Virus record (IMG/VR): IMGVR_UViG_3300028393_000022
Origin: a virus
DNA: 64,000 bases
Strand: one strand, 5' to 3'
The number at the start of each line of letters is the position of its first letter. Positions within the stretch are counted from its first letter, which is position 1. Below the pieces are notes generated by a model. That model was not told where the DNA came from. It did no database searches and saw only the letters and a list, made by a program, of their open reading frames with translations. Both the position numbers and the translations under genes were made by a program. This document shows positions 18,851 through 28,379 of the stretch, in pieces.

Positions 18851-21800
18851 TTATCCTAAATTAAATTTTCCATTAACTAATTTGTCTAAGGGACTATTAC
18901 CCAAAGAATTACTGCCAAATTTAGCAGTTACAGATCCTATTACGTTTTGATCTATCACCGGTAGTTTACCAGTTAATTGTGCTATTTGAGCGTTAGCAGT
19001 TCCTAATTTATCTTTTATAGAATTTACATCAATCGAATTAAACTGCCCTGGTATGTTTGAGAAAGGATTTATCTGCGATGTTGGAATATTATTCAATGCC
19101 GCAGTTAATGATTCTGTAGGAATTAAATTAGAAGACAATTCTTTAACGCTACTAACTCCATACAAGTTAGCAAGGCCTGTGACACCTCTCTTGGCCGCTA
19201 CTTCTTTAACATAGGCATTATCGACTATAGGAGCAGGTGCTGTTGTATAAGGTGTTGTTGGAGGTAAGTTTTTAATTTTGCTAGGTGGCAAGTAATCAAC
19301 AACTACTCCTGCTGCTGCCGCTTGATTTAAATTAACACCTTCTGGTAGATTAGATCCAAAGCTGCCAATTTGATCAAGAGATTTACTTTGGAAGACATTA
19401 CCTAAGCCTGATAGCTTAGACGGGTCGAGCCCTACTTGAGCAGCAATGGCTTTAGGATCAGCAGGAGTACCTGCAAAAGAAGATATTTTACTACCAATAT
19501 CTTTAATTAAGTTTCCTGCTCCGGCACCTATACCGTTAACAATGCCAACGGCTGATGTTCCTAGTTCTTTTCCTGCACCTATAACACTGCTAACTGTATC
19601 TGATGCAAGTTTTGAGGGATCAATATTGGCACCAAATTTAATTCCTAATGCTGTGGGATCACTAACTGCTTTATCTAATTTAAGAGTAGCTCCTTCTCCT
19701 ATACCAGAACCTTTATTTGACTTATTAAGTGCTGTCGCAATCGAGCCACCTAATATAGTAGCTGCTATCGCACCAACTGCACTCTTTGCAGGAATAGTTT
19801 TAGATAATACCCCTGTTGCCGCAGCAATAAGAGCAACTGATCCAAGACCAGTTTGATTAATATTGCCTAATCCGGAAGAACTTAATCTAATGTTAGAGGC
19901 AATATCAGAGGGCAATGCTTGGCCTATTACAGAAGAACCTGATAGTAATTCGCCAGTCTTAGAAACTCGGCCGGGATTTTGCATTAGTAATGCACCGACT
20001 GTGCCGCCTAGGCCGCCGCTTGCTGCCGTAAAATTACTCAACTGCCCAGGTAGGCCAGGGCTAGGCAATCCTCGATCAAGCTGTTCCATTGCAGTGCTTG
20101 AATCTAAACGTTGGCTAGGATTAAATGCTCGAGTAGTATCAGGTACTACTCTGTTCAAATTGTTTGGTAAAGTTATTATTACATCTGCAGGATCGCTTGG
20201 CTGAATATTTAAATCTAATATCTGTCCAGGTTTTCTTATAATTTCTAAACGTTGTTTAAAGACTCCGTCTTTAAACATGTTAGTAGCTTTGATAATTTGA
20301 TACACTCCGCTGAAGGGGATTAATTTAGGATCAAATTGCATTATTCCTGTTTCAGGATCTATATCAACTGGGTTTCTAAAATTAATTCTAATTAATACTT
20401 CACCCTGTAAGTGGTCAACTTCACCTTCTTTGGTGTTGCCTCGGCCATCGGGTGTTGTATTAAAATTTCCGGTGCCGCCTGTTGCTATATAAAACGGATC
20501 TCCAAGAATTTCCATTTCACCAGTAATCATGCTGGCTTTAGAATTAGTAATTGCCTCGTGCATTTTTTTAGCAAGAGTTCCGTAAGGATCATTTAACGGT
20601 TGACCTGCTTGGCCGCCCTGTGACTGAACCGGAGTTGGTTCTACTTTACTGGGAGGTGTGGGAACTTGTTGCTGTTTTTGAGTATCAGTGGGCGTTCCAC
20701 TTGATTGTTTAGTTACAACATTATCACTTGGGCCGGCACCAGTTTTAGATGACGGAGTATCTTTATTACCAAACGATGCAGGAACTGCTTCAAAGAATAA
20801 TGTATTAAAATTTAATTTAAAATTTATTATATCAACATTTTTGCCAGTGTATATATAGTTGTATTCTCTATTACAAAGTTTAGTTAATTTCTTATCGTCA
20901 ATTTGTTCTTGACCATAAGTCGGAATCCTGGTGTAATGTAGCTTATACTCGGTGACTACATAGGTAAAATTCTGAAATGGTTTTTTACTTGTTTCATCAA
21001 TTGCATCTAGATTAGTTACCTCAATCCTAATCATAAAGTACTTAACCATTCCAAACTCGTCGATGTTTTTCTTTACATCTTTTAAAATATTTCTAACATA
21101 TTCACTATCTCTGATCACAGAAGTAATAGCTTCATGAATATTCATACCTTCTGCAAATTGTACTACTGTTTTACCGGGGGTGTATTTTATTGCTTCGGGT
21201 TCTTTGGCTTGTTTTTCAGCACTAGGTTGAGTACTACCTTCTTTTTTATACGCAGTTGCTTTCTCAGTAGTTCCTGGGTCAGCCATTTTGTATAAGGCGT
21301 TGTCTTTTAAAATTTCTAATAATTTTGATTCGCCAATTTTATTTTCAGGAGTATCTTTCCATCCTTCTTTTTCATCTCGGCTAGGAAACTTAATAGCATA
21401 TATATTGTGTTTATTACCTAAAGAAACTTCTTTGCCGTCTTTATCTGACTTAGAAACTTGTTCGTTGACATTTTTAATCATGTCGTTAAGGATTTCTTTA
21501 ACTGTAGTTCCCGACATCTTAATGGGTTTCTTAACGACATTAGGTTCTCCGAAAGCACGCTCATTAAACGGAACCGCACTACACTTATATCTAGTTCCCT
21601 TTTCAGTAATATCAACTTCGAGATTAGTCAAACCAATAGGAAAATATCGTTCTGTCTTTTCAATTTTTTCTGGATCACCAAACTCTGATAAGTCATCATC
21701 CGGGTATCCCCAGAATTCCATTTTTAAAACAAAGCTGGCTTGTAGATAAGAAGGATATCCAGCCGCAACTGAAGCAAAATGCAATGCTTCTATAAATCCA

Positions 21801-22393
21801 TTAACACTGTAAGGTTCGATGACATCAAATTTAATCTGAGTAGGCAGCGTAGCACCACCATTTTCGCTAAAAGCCATCAATGTTTCTATTTCAACGTTTT
21901 CAATAAACATATCAAAGCGGCCGGGGCTTTCAGAATTAAATCCGTTTAATAATTCACTACCGTAATTTTTTAACGGAACACTCTTTTGTTCATCAGTTAA
22001 ATCAATACGGCGAGGGTCTCTAGCAGCATAATCAGACCTTGATTTTTGTGTTATTTCATCTGGAGTTGCTAAAGTAGCAGCATCACTACGCATAATTGCA
22101 TCACCTTTGCCTCCAGATTTTAAAATAACCAAATCTAATTCACTTGTTCTATAGGCTTTAGGATCTTTTAAATAATTCTTTTTTAATCCAGCAAGAGTAA
22201 AACTATAAGTTACTGACCTATAAGAATTTAACGCATTGGATTGACCGGAGGCAGCAACTTTAATCTTGCCATCCATATCAGCAGCAGAATCACCGTTGGG
22301 ATTCTTTTTAGGATCGTCTGTTTTTCTTTCTAACTCGTCGGAGTACCAGTTGTCATCATACCCGCCTTGATCGCCCATTGCTGTAACAGCCAT
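18851..22393 (-). CDS. Baseplate hub protein (gp27/gpD-like) with long low-complexity C-terminal extension
   Basis: 1180 aa. Motifs REYNYIYTGKNVDI, MEILGDPFYI and FSGVYQII...FKDGVFKQRL are typical of hub proteins; lies between gp53 and gp5. Confidence 0.65.
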   Translation of the reverse strand: MAVTAMGDQGGYDDNWYSDELERKTDDPKKNPNGDSAADMDGKIKVAASGQSNALNSYRSVTYSFTLAGLKKNYLKDPKAYRTSELDLVILKSGGKGDAIMRSDAATLATPDEITQKSRSDYAARDPRRIDLTDEQKSVPLKNYGSELLNGFNSESPGRFDMFIENVEIETLMAFSENGGATLPTQIKFDVIEPYSVNGFIEALHFASVAAGYPSYLQASFVLKMEFWGYPDDDLSEFGDPEKIEKTERYFPIGLTNLEVDITEKGTRYKCSAVPFNERAFGEPNVVKKPIKMSGTTVKEILNDMIKNVNEQVSKSDKDGKEVSLGNKHNIYAIKFPSRDEKEGWKDTPENKIGESKLLEILKDNALYKMADPGTTEKATAYKKEGSTQPSAEKQAKEPEAIKYTPGKTVVQFAEGMNIHEAITSVIRDSEYVRNILKDVKKNIDEFGMVKYFMIRIEVTNLDAIDETSKKPFQNFTYVVTEYKLHYTRIPTYGQEQIDDKKLTKLCNREYNYIYTGKNVDIINFKLNFNTLFFEAVPASFGNKDTPSSKTGAGPSDNVVTKQSSGTPTDTQKQQQVPTPPSKVEPTPVQSQGGQAGQPLNDPYGTLAKKMHEAITNSKASMITGEMEILGDPFYIATGGTGNFNTTPDGRGNTKEGEVDHLQGEVLIRINFRNPVDIDPETGIMQFDPKLIPFSGVYQIIKATNMFKDGVFKQRLEIIRKPGQILDLNIQPSDPADVIITLPNNLNRVVPDTTRAFNPSQRLDSSTAMEQLDRGLPSPGLPGQLSNFTAASGGLGGTVGALLMQNPGRVSKTGELLSGSSVIGQALPSDIASNIRLSSSGLGNINQTGLGSVALIAAATGVLSKTIPAKSAVGAIAATILGGSIATALNKSNKGSGIGEGATLKLDKAVSDPTALGIKFGANIDPSKLASDTVSSVIGAGKELGTSAVGIVNGIGAGAGNLIKDIGSKISSFAGTPADPKAIAAQVGLDPSKLSGLGNVFQSKSLDQIGSFGSNLPEGVNLNQAAAAGVVVDYLPPSKIKNLPPTTPYTTAPAPIVDNAYVKEVAAKRGVTGLANLYGVSSVKELSSNLIPTESLTAALNNIPTSQINPFSNIPGQFNSIDVNSIKDKLGTANAQIAQLTGKLPVIDQNVIGSVTAKFGSNSLGNSPLDKLVNGKFNLG

Positions 22394-22394
22394 A

Positions 22395-22697
22395 TTACAC
22401 TACTCCTAGCACTCGTTGCAATGTTGTTTCTTTAGGTAGGTAAATTTTAACACCTGCTACCAGATCAAATACAGGATCTTTAATTACAGATCTGTTTCTA
22501 ACTGCAAACACCCACCATAACTTATGGTCTTTATATAAATCATAAGCTAACAAATCAGGACGATGTTCGTAAGTAGCAGTCACTTGAAATAAAATGTCGT
22601 CACGTTCTTTAGGAATATCTCTAAAATTAATAACATCAAGATAGTTGTTTACAATCGAAGTGTTATAATACGGACTTGTTTTTGTATATATTGTCAT
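22395..22697 (-). CDS. gp53: Baseplate wedge protein gp53-like (LysM-like fold)
   Basis: 100 aa. YEHRPDLLAYDLYKDHKLWWVF is the gp53-family signature. Confidence 0.85.
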   Translation of the reverse strand: MTIYTKTSPYYNTSIVNNYLDVINFRDIPKERDDILFQVTATYEHRPDLLAYDLYKDHKLWWVFAVRNRSVIKDPVFDLVAGVKIYLPKETTLQRVLGVV

Positions 22698-23587
22698 TAT
22701 AGATATCCTCGATTTCTAAACGAGCCTTCATTATATTCTGATACTGAAAATTGTTGCATTTCGTTTCTGCTGTACATAGGTATGCAGGTTAAATTAAACG
22801 TAGACATTGCAGGAACAGCAGTAGTTTCATATAATGGAGTTTGATCAGATCCTCCAAGGGCTGCTCCTGGATTAATTGTAAAATAATCAACAGTATTAGG
22901 TAATTCAACTCTAAAACTAGATATAGCAACTGGTATATTATGAAACATCATATCCCCGTGAGCATATAATCTACAAACAGGAGGAGGGGCACCTGCGTCG
23001 GGGTCGGTACCAAATCGCATCCTTGTAAGAGATTTTAATAAATGCATTGTACAGATATACATATCTGCATCGTCTGCATTTTCTACAGAGAATTGACCAG
23101 CAATTGATATTGATCCAATACTACTTTTTTGATAAAAGTTAATTGCAAAGTTAGAATGCAGAGGTTGTTGTCCAGAATAATCTGCTTTGGCTTCATAACT
23201 AATAGTAGGAGTATAAGGAAATATAATTCCTCCAGCATTAAAAATTGCGTTATTTGGACCAGCTAGCATCGGAGTAATATATTTTGGAGGAACTAGGATT
23301 CTTGCTCGTAAATCTTTACTTTTATCGCCGGGGCCCATGCCTTTAAAATTAACTCGGGCGCGAGGTGGAACTTTTAATTTAGCACCAGCTGGTACACCAG
23401 GTACTGTTCTCTCGCCCAATGGATTATCAATTCGTCGAGGATCTGTTGCTGCAAATGCAGCAGAACTTTGGCCGGCTCCGGCATTACTAACAATATTTCC
23501 AGGGTTAGCATATTTGGCAGCAGTAGCTATTTCAGATGCAGGAATATTAGCTATAACATTTCCTTGTTCATCATATTGGATGGGCAT
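22697..23587 (-). CDS. Baseplate/tail-tube initiator (gp48/gp54-like)
   Basis: GIIFPYTPTI, GAPPPVCRL and VAISSFRVELP motifs resemble tube-initiator proteins; synteny with gp53; RBS GAGGA upstream. Confidence 0.65.
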   Translation of the reverse strand: MPIQYDEQGNVIANIPASEIATAAKYANPGNIVSNAGAGQSSAAFAATDPRRIDNPLGERTVPGVPAGAKLKVPPRARVNFKGMGPGDKSKDLRARILVPPKYITPMLAGPNNAIFNAGGIIFPYTPTISYEAKADYSGQQPLHSNFAINFYQKSSIGSISIAGQFSVENADDADMYICTMHLLKSLTRMRFGTDPDAGAPPPVCRLYAHGDMMFHNIPVAISSFRVELPNTVDYFTINPGAALGGSDQTPLYETTAVPAMSTFNLTCIPMYSRNEMQQFSVSEYNEGSFRNRGYL

Positions 23588-23608
23588 TCTATAATTCCTC
23601 GTATAGTA

Positions 23609-23614
23609 TATTTA
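23609..23614 (-). promoter_or_regulatory. Late promoter (TAAATA core) for the leftward baseplate operon
   Basis: TAAATA on the minus strand ~20 nt upstream of the 23587 ATG; the same motif recurs before most structural units. Confidence 0.6.
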
Positions 23615-23642
23615 ACCAATAAATAAAACGCTCTTATAATGG

Positions 23643-23672
23643 TTGACATTGCCATTCCTACAATGCTATAAT
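23643..23672 (+). promoter_or_regulatory. Consensus sigma70 (early/middle) promoter with extended -10
   Basis: TTGACA (23643-48), 18-nt spacer, TGcTATAAT (23664-72), upstream of RBS AAGGA and ATG 23697. Confidence 0.85.
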
Positions 23673-23696
23673 GTCTTAACAAGGATAATAATAACA

Positions 23697-24608
23697 ATGA
23701 CCGTAAGTTTAATTCCCACAGGAAGAAAAGTAAAATACCTAAACAATAGAGATTTATTAGCAGAAATTCATAGGAGCAAGTGTTCTTTTTCAAGTTTTCT
23801 AAAACCAGAATACAGCCAACATGACATAATTCTAACCAATTTGGATAAAATTAACATTAGAACTATTGCAGATGCCAAAAGAGCACAGGCCAAAAGGATA
23901 GGCATTGCAGCATTTGCAGCCGCAAGGGCAACAGGTGATAAAAAAGTTAGATTAATTGAGTGTACACCTGATTACACTACAGTTGCTAAAACAGATATTG
24001 TCATTCGAATTATGACATTCGATCATATTCCGCTAGCACCGGGTCGTAAAAAGACTGTCAAAAGTACAGCAGACGGGCACGATAAAGTAAACTTTCCTCC
24101 ATTCCAGCATTGGAAATTTGATGATGCTGGAGAATTAACGTGCGTAGGTAAGAGTCATTGGAAAGGTCCTTTAGACACGGGACATTTTTCTAAAGATCAC
24201 GGTCGAATCACTGAAAATTTAGGTAAGATGTATATCAAACTAAGCGAACGATATGCACAACGTAGCAACTGGCGTGGTTATACCTATGTGGAGGAAATGC
24301 GGGGGCAAGCAATTTTACAGTTATCACAAATTGGTCTACAGTTTGATGAATCTAAATCTGAAAATCCTTTTGCCTATTACACAGCCGCAGTGACCAATAG
24401 CTTTACTCGTGTACTGAATATTGAAAAGAAAAATCAAAATATTCGTGATGACATGCTTGAAACACACGGACTAACTCCAAGTCTTACAAGACAAAACCAA
24501 CAAGAGTATGCAGAGGAGAATGCTCGCCAAGCTGAATTGTATAAAAACTTCCGTATGCCTAAGAGTGAGGAAGATGCAATTGATGATTCTGAAGAAACTA
24601 ATCTTTGA
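23697..24608 (+). CDS. gp55: Late-transcription sigma factor, T4 gp55-like
   Basis: KYLNNRDLLAEI, LGKMYIKLSERYAQRSNWRGYTYVEEMRGQA and FDESKSENPFAYYT are gp55 motifs; precedes gp47/gp46 as in T4. Start moved to ATG 23697 because the track's TTG lies in the -35 box. Confidence 0.88.
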   Translation: MTVSLIPTGRKVKYLNNRDLLAEIHRSKCSFSSFLKPEYSQHDIILTNLDKINIRTIADAKRAQAKRIGIAAFAAARATGDKKVRLIECTPDYTTVAKTDIVIRIMTFDHIPLAPGRKKTVKSTADGHDKVNFPPFQHWKFDDAGELTCVGKSHWKGPLDTGHFSKDHGRITENLGKMYIKLSERYAQRSNWRGYTYVEEMRGQAILQLSQIGLQFDESKSENPFAYYTAAVTNSFTRVLNIEKKNQNIRDDMLETHGLTPSLTRQNQQEYAEENARQAELYKNFRMPKSEEDAIDDSEETNL

Positions 24609-24633
24609 CTTTGCTCAATCTAGAATGTAAACT
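24605..24633 (+). promoter_or_regulatory. Putative sigma70 promoter for the gp47-gp46 operon
   Basis: TTGACT-N17-TAAACT followed by RBS AGGAGA and ATG 24653. Confidence 0.6.
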
Positions 24634-24652
24634 GTTAGTAGGAGAATAACTT

Positions 24653-25666
24653 ATGAACCTTTTTAAGAAGGTAGCAGTCTTTACAGATCTGCACGTCGGC
24701 CTTAAATCAAATTCAACGACCCATTTAAGAGACTGTGAAGAATTTGTAGATTGGTTTATCGAACAAGCAAAAGAAAATAACTGCGAGACTTGCATTTTTA
24801 TGGGTGATTGGAGTCACAATAGGAATAGTCTCAATCTTGTCACTCTCAATACATCACTGACTTTATTAGAAAAGTTAGGTCAAGGGTTTGAAAAGTTCTA
24901 TTGGTTTCCAGGTAATCACGATTTGTTCTATAAAGACAAGCGTGATATCCATAGCAGTGCGTTCGGACGTCATGTCCCCGGTGTGACTGTTGTCGAGGGT
25001 GTAACAACTATTGACGGAGTCACGCTTGTTCCGTGGCTAGTAGGAGATGAGTGGAAATCGATGAAGACACTTGACAGCAAATATGTGTTTGGGCATTTTG
25101 AATTGCCCTTATTCTACATGAACGCCATGGTACAAATGCCCGACCACGGTGAGCTTAAAGCTGCTGACTTTGGAAAACCAGAGTACGTATTCAGCGGACA
25201 CTTTCATAAACGACAAAGCAAAGGCAACGTACATTACATTGGTAATGCATTTCCACATAACTTTGCCGATACATGGGATGATGATCGCGGCATGATGACA
25301 CTCGAGTGGGGTGGTAAGCCAGAATATATCAATTGGGATAATGCTCCTAAGTACAGAACTATTAAACTTAGCGAATTAATTGATAAAAAAGATGAAATTA
25401 TGAAGTCAAAGATGCACTTTAAAGTGAATCTAGACATTGATATTAGCTATGAAGAAGCAAACTTTATTAAAGAAACGTTTGTTGCTGACTATGACATCCG
25501 TGAAATTAGTCTCATTCAGGATAAAACTAACCTGGACGGAACTATTGATGATAACCCAGATGCTACATTTGAAAGTGTTGATCAGATTGTATCCGAACAA
25601 TTGATCAACATTGAATCTGAACAGTTTGATAAAAACGTGCTACTTACCATCTATAATAATCTATGA
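24653..25666 (+). CDS. gp47: Recombination nuclease subunit (Mre11/SbcD-like), T4 gp47
   Basis: Metallophosphoesterase motifs DLH, GDWSHN, GNHD, GHFE, GHFH. Confidence 0.95.
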   Translation: MNLFKKVAVFTDLHVGLKSNSTTHLRDCEEFVDWFIEQAKENNCETCIFMGDWSHNRNSLNLVTLNTSLTLLEKLGQGFEKFYWFPGNHDLFYKDKRDIHSSAFGRHVPGVTVVEGVTTIDGVTLVPWLVGDEWKSMKTLDSKYVFGHFELPLFYMNAMVQMPDHGELKAADFGKPEYVFSGHFHKRQSKGNVHYIGNAFPHNFADTWDDDRGMMTLEWGGKPEYINWDNAPKYRTIKLSELIDKKDEIMKSKMHFKVNLDIDISYEEANFIKETFVADYDIREISLIQDKTNLDGTIDDNPDATFESVDQIVSEQLINIESEQFDKNVLLTIYNNL

Positions 25667-27447
25667 GCTTTAACATCAAGACAATCACAGTTAAGAACTT
25701 TCTTAGCGTGGGAAATCAGACACAGGCTGTTGATTTTGACAAGCAACATCTAACATTGGTACTGGGATCTAACTTAGATCTAGGCGGTGACGACACAGGA
25801 TCGCGCAATGGTACCGGCAAAACTACAATGATCAATGCATTGAGTTATGCATTGTACGGGCAAGCCCTTACTAATATTAAAAAAGAAAATTTAATTAACA
25901 AGACCAATGGCAAATCCATGTTGGTCACAGTTGAGTTTGAGAAGAATGGCGTCATTTATCGTATCGAGCGGGGTCGCAAACCTAATGTTCTTAAATTATA
26001 TGTCAACGATCAGGAGTTAAAATCTAAAGATTCAGAGGATGATAGCCAAGGCGATAGCCGTGAAACACAGAAAGCAATCGAGCAGATGCTGGAAATGAGT
26101 CACACTATGTTCAAGCACTTGGTTGCACTGAACACTTACACTGAGCCGTTCCTATCTATGAAGGCTGCGGAGCAGCGTGAAGTTATTGAACAACTATTGG
26201 GTATTACTTTACTAAGTGAAAAAGCAGAAGCACTTAAAACATTAATCAAAGAAAGCAAAGATTCTATACAGATTGAGACAGTTAGAATTGATGCTGTTAA
26301 AGGTGCAAATGAAAATGTGCAAAAAAGTATCGATAGTTTGCACTTAAAAAGTTCAGCATGGGAAAATAAGCACGACAGCGAACTAGAAAATCTAGGTCGT
26401 GCCATTGTTAATCTTGAAGCTGTTGATATTGAAGCAGAGTTATCAGCACATATTGCATTGCAACAGTGGACAGAGAACAATAATAAGCTACGCGACCTAA
26501 CTAGACAACGTGCAACATTGGAATCTGCTGTAGGGCAAGCTGAAAAGACTCTTAAGAAATATAAAACAGAGTTAGAAAGCCTTGGAAATAAAAAGTGTCA
26601 TGCTTGCGAGCAAGAACTTCACGACCACAAGCACGAAGAAATGACTGCTACTGCTACGCAGCATTACGACGAAGCCTATGAATACTGGCAGAAGATGCGG
26701 GCACAACTTAAACAGATAACAGAAGAAATTGCTGCTGTTGGTGAGTTGCCACACAAACCTTCTACTTACTATGATACAGAAGCAGAAGCGTTGGGTCATA
26801 AAAATAATCTTGCCAGTTTAGAAAGATCATTAGACGCAAAGGTTGTAGAAGCCAATCCTTATAATGAGCAGATCGAAGAATTGAAAAAGACTGCGATCCA
26901 AGAAATCAACTGGGGCACTGTTAATTCACTAACTAAGCTAAAAGATCATCAGGAATTCTTGCACAAACTGCTGACAAACAAAGATAGTTTTATCCGTAAA
27001 AAGATTATCGATCAAAACTTGAGCTACTTGAACAAGAGATTGAGCTACTATATTGATAAACTGGGTTTGCCGCATCGTGTTATTTTTCAAAATGATCTAA
27101 GTGTTGAGATTACGCAGTTAGGACAAGATTTAGATTTTGATAATTTAAGTCGTGGTGAGAGAAACAGATTAATTTTATCTATGAGTTTTGCTTTCCGAGA
27201 TGTTTGGGAAGGATTATATCAAAGCATGAACTTATTGTTCATCGATGAGCTTGTAGATGCTGGCATGGATACAGCGGGGGTGGAATCTGCACTGGCTGTA
27301 TTGAAAAAAATGGCCAGAGAGAGAAATAAGAATATATACTTAATATCGCATAAAGACGAATTAGTGGGCAGAGTTAATAATGTACTTAGAGTTATTAAAG
27401 AAAACGGTTTTACCAGTTACTCAAACGATGTAGACTATGTCGAATGA
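25663..27447 (+). CDS. gp46: Recombination ATPase subunit (Rad50/SbcC-like), T4 gp46
   Basis: KNFLSVG, Walker A NGTGKTT, coiled coil with CHAC zinc hook, signature LSRGE, Walker B LLFIDE, H-loop ISH. Confidence 0.95.
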   Translation: MSFNIKTITVKNFLSVGNQTQAVDFDKQHLTLVLGSNLDLGGDDTGSRNGTGKTTMINALSYALYGQALTNIKKENLINKTNGKSMLVTVEFEKNGVIYRIERGRKPNVLKLYVNDQELKSKDSEDDSQGDSRETQKAIEQMLEMSHTMFKHLVALNTYTEPFLSMKAAEQREVIEQLLGITLLSEKAEALKTLIKESKDSIQIETVRIDAVKGANENVQKSIDSLHLKSSAWENKHDSELENLGRAIVNLEAVDIEAELSAHIALQQWTENNNKLRDLTRQRATLESAVGQAEKTLKKYKTELESLGNKKCHACEQELHDHKHEEMTATATQHYDEAYEYWQKMRAQLKQITEEIAAVGELPHKPSTYYDTEAEALGHKNNLASLERSLDAKVVEANPYNEQIEELKKTAIQEINWGTVNSLTKLKDHQEFLHKLLTNKDSFIRKKIIDQNLSYLNKRLSYYIDKLGLPHRVIFQNDLSVEITQLGQDLDFDNLSRGERNRLILSMSFAFRDVWEGLYQSMNLLFIDELVDAGMDTAGVESALAVLKKMARERNKNIYLISHKDELVGRVNNVLRVIKENGFTSYSNDVDYVE

Positions 27448-27742
27448 AGAGATAAACAAGTATAAGGAACTGTATAGTCAACTGATTAGTGAATTAGTTG
27501 GCTTGCATAATACCCATGCTTCGTTTGTTAGGAATGTTGGTAGAGATACCGGCAATGCTTGTAGGAGACATCTGAGAGCAATATCAAATATTGCCACTGA
27601 ATTAAAAAGACAGGGGCAAAAAGTTGGAAAAGAAAGCACAGCTAATAGAAGAGCTGAGAAGAAAGCTGCAATAGCAGAACAAGCAAGGCTTAACGCTATA
27701 CCAAAAAAACGAGGCCGTAAGCCAAAAGGAACTATAAAATGA
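27437..27742 (+). CDS. Small basic protein, probable Hc1/histone-H1-like paralogue with C-terminal AT-hook-like motif
   Basis: 101 aa helical protein. GNACRRHLRAI aligns by eye with GTRSRKALAEL of the next ORF; ends PKKRGRKPK. Confidence 0.5.
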   Translation: MSNEEINKYKELYSQLISELVGLHNTHASFVRNVGRDTGNACRRHLRAISNIATELKRQGQKVGKESTANRRAEKKAAIAEQARLNAIPKKRGRKPKGTIK

Positions 27743-27936
27743 ATGATACTAATACACAATTACAAGCAACCTTTGCAGAATTCTTAGCTGAAGATGCAAA
27801 ATTTACAGGTGGTAACTCTGCCGCTGGCACACGCTCACGCAAGGCTCTAGCAGAGTTAAGCAAGTTAGTTAAAGCCCGCCGTAACGAAATCACTGCCGAG
27901 AAGAATGCTCGCAAGGAAGCCAAGGCAACAAAATAA
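27739..27936 (+). CDS. Histone H1-like (Hc1-family) DNA-binding protein
   Basis: 65 aa. KFTGGNSAAGTRSRKALAELSKLVKARRNEI matches the Hc1 N-terminal family pattern (GNkaAgtRaRK.l.el.kl.k..R). Confidence 0.75.
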   Translation: MNDTNTQLQATFAEFLAEDAKFTGGNSAAGTRSRKALAELSKLVKARRNEITAEKNARKEAKATK

Positions 27937-27939
27937 TCA

Positions 27940-28368
27940 ATGACTTGGACCTACAAAGGCTCTATAGTTAACGAACTTCCTGAAGATTGTATCGGTTATG
28001 TTTACTGCATAACCAATATAACCTCAGGACGCCAATACATTGGCAAAAAATTAGCAAAATTCTCTAAAACGACCTACAAGACGATCACGTTGAAGAACGG
28101 CACAAAAAAGAAAAAGAAGATTCGAAGCAAAATCGACAGCGACTGGCAGGAATATTACGGGTCCAGTCCTAATTTAACAGCAGATATCAACACCCTAGGC
28201 AAAGACAACTTCTCTCGCGAAATACTATACTATTGTAAATCCAAAGCAGAAACATCTTACATTGAGGCCCGCGAACAATTCGACCGCAAAGTATTAGAAT
28301 CCGACGATTACTATAACGGACATATCCAAGTCCGTGTCCATGGCTCTCACATAAAATCTAAAATTTAA
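27940..28368 (+). CDS. Compact GIY-YIG endonuclease
   Basis: GYVYCITN...RQYIGKK, SDWQEYYGSS, FSREIL, conserved E (YIEAREQ) and YYN; basic insertion KNGTKKKKKIRSK; no C-terminal DNA-binding repeats. Confidence 0.85.
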   Translation: MTWTYKGSIVNELPEDCIGYVYCITNITSGRQYIGKKLAKFSKTTYKTITLKNGTKKKKKIRSKIDSDWQEYYGSSPNLTADINTLGKDNFSREILYYCKSKAETSYIEAREQFDRKVLESDDYYNGHIQVRVHGSHIKSKI

Positions 28369-28379
28369 TCTAACACCAA

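Noticed and set aside
27940-28368. Mobile intron-encoded homing endonuclease
   Set aside because: Free-standing, tightly packed behind upstream genes and lacking DNA-binding repeats; no flanking split gene.
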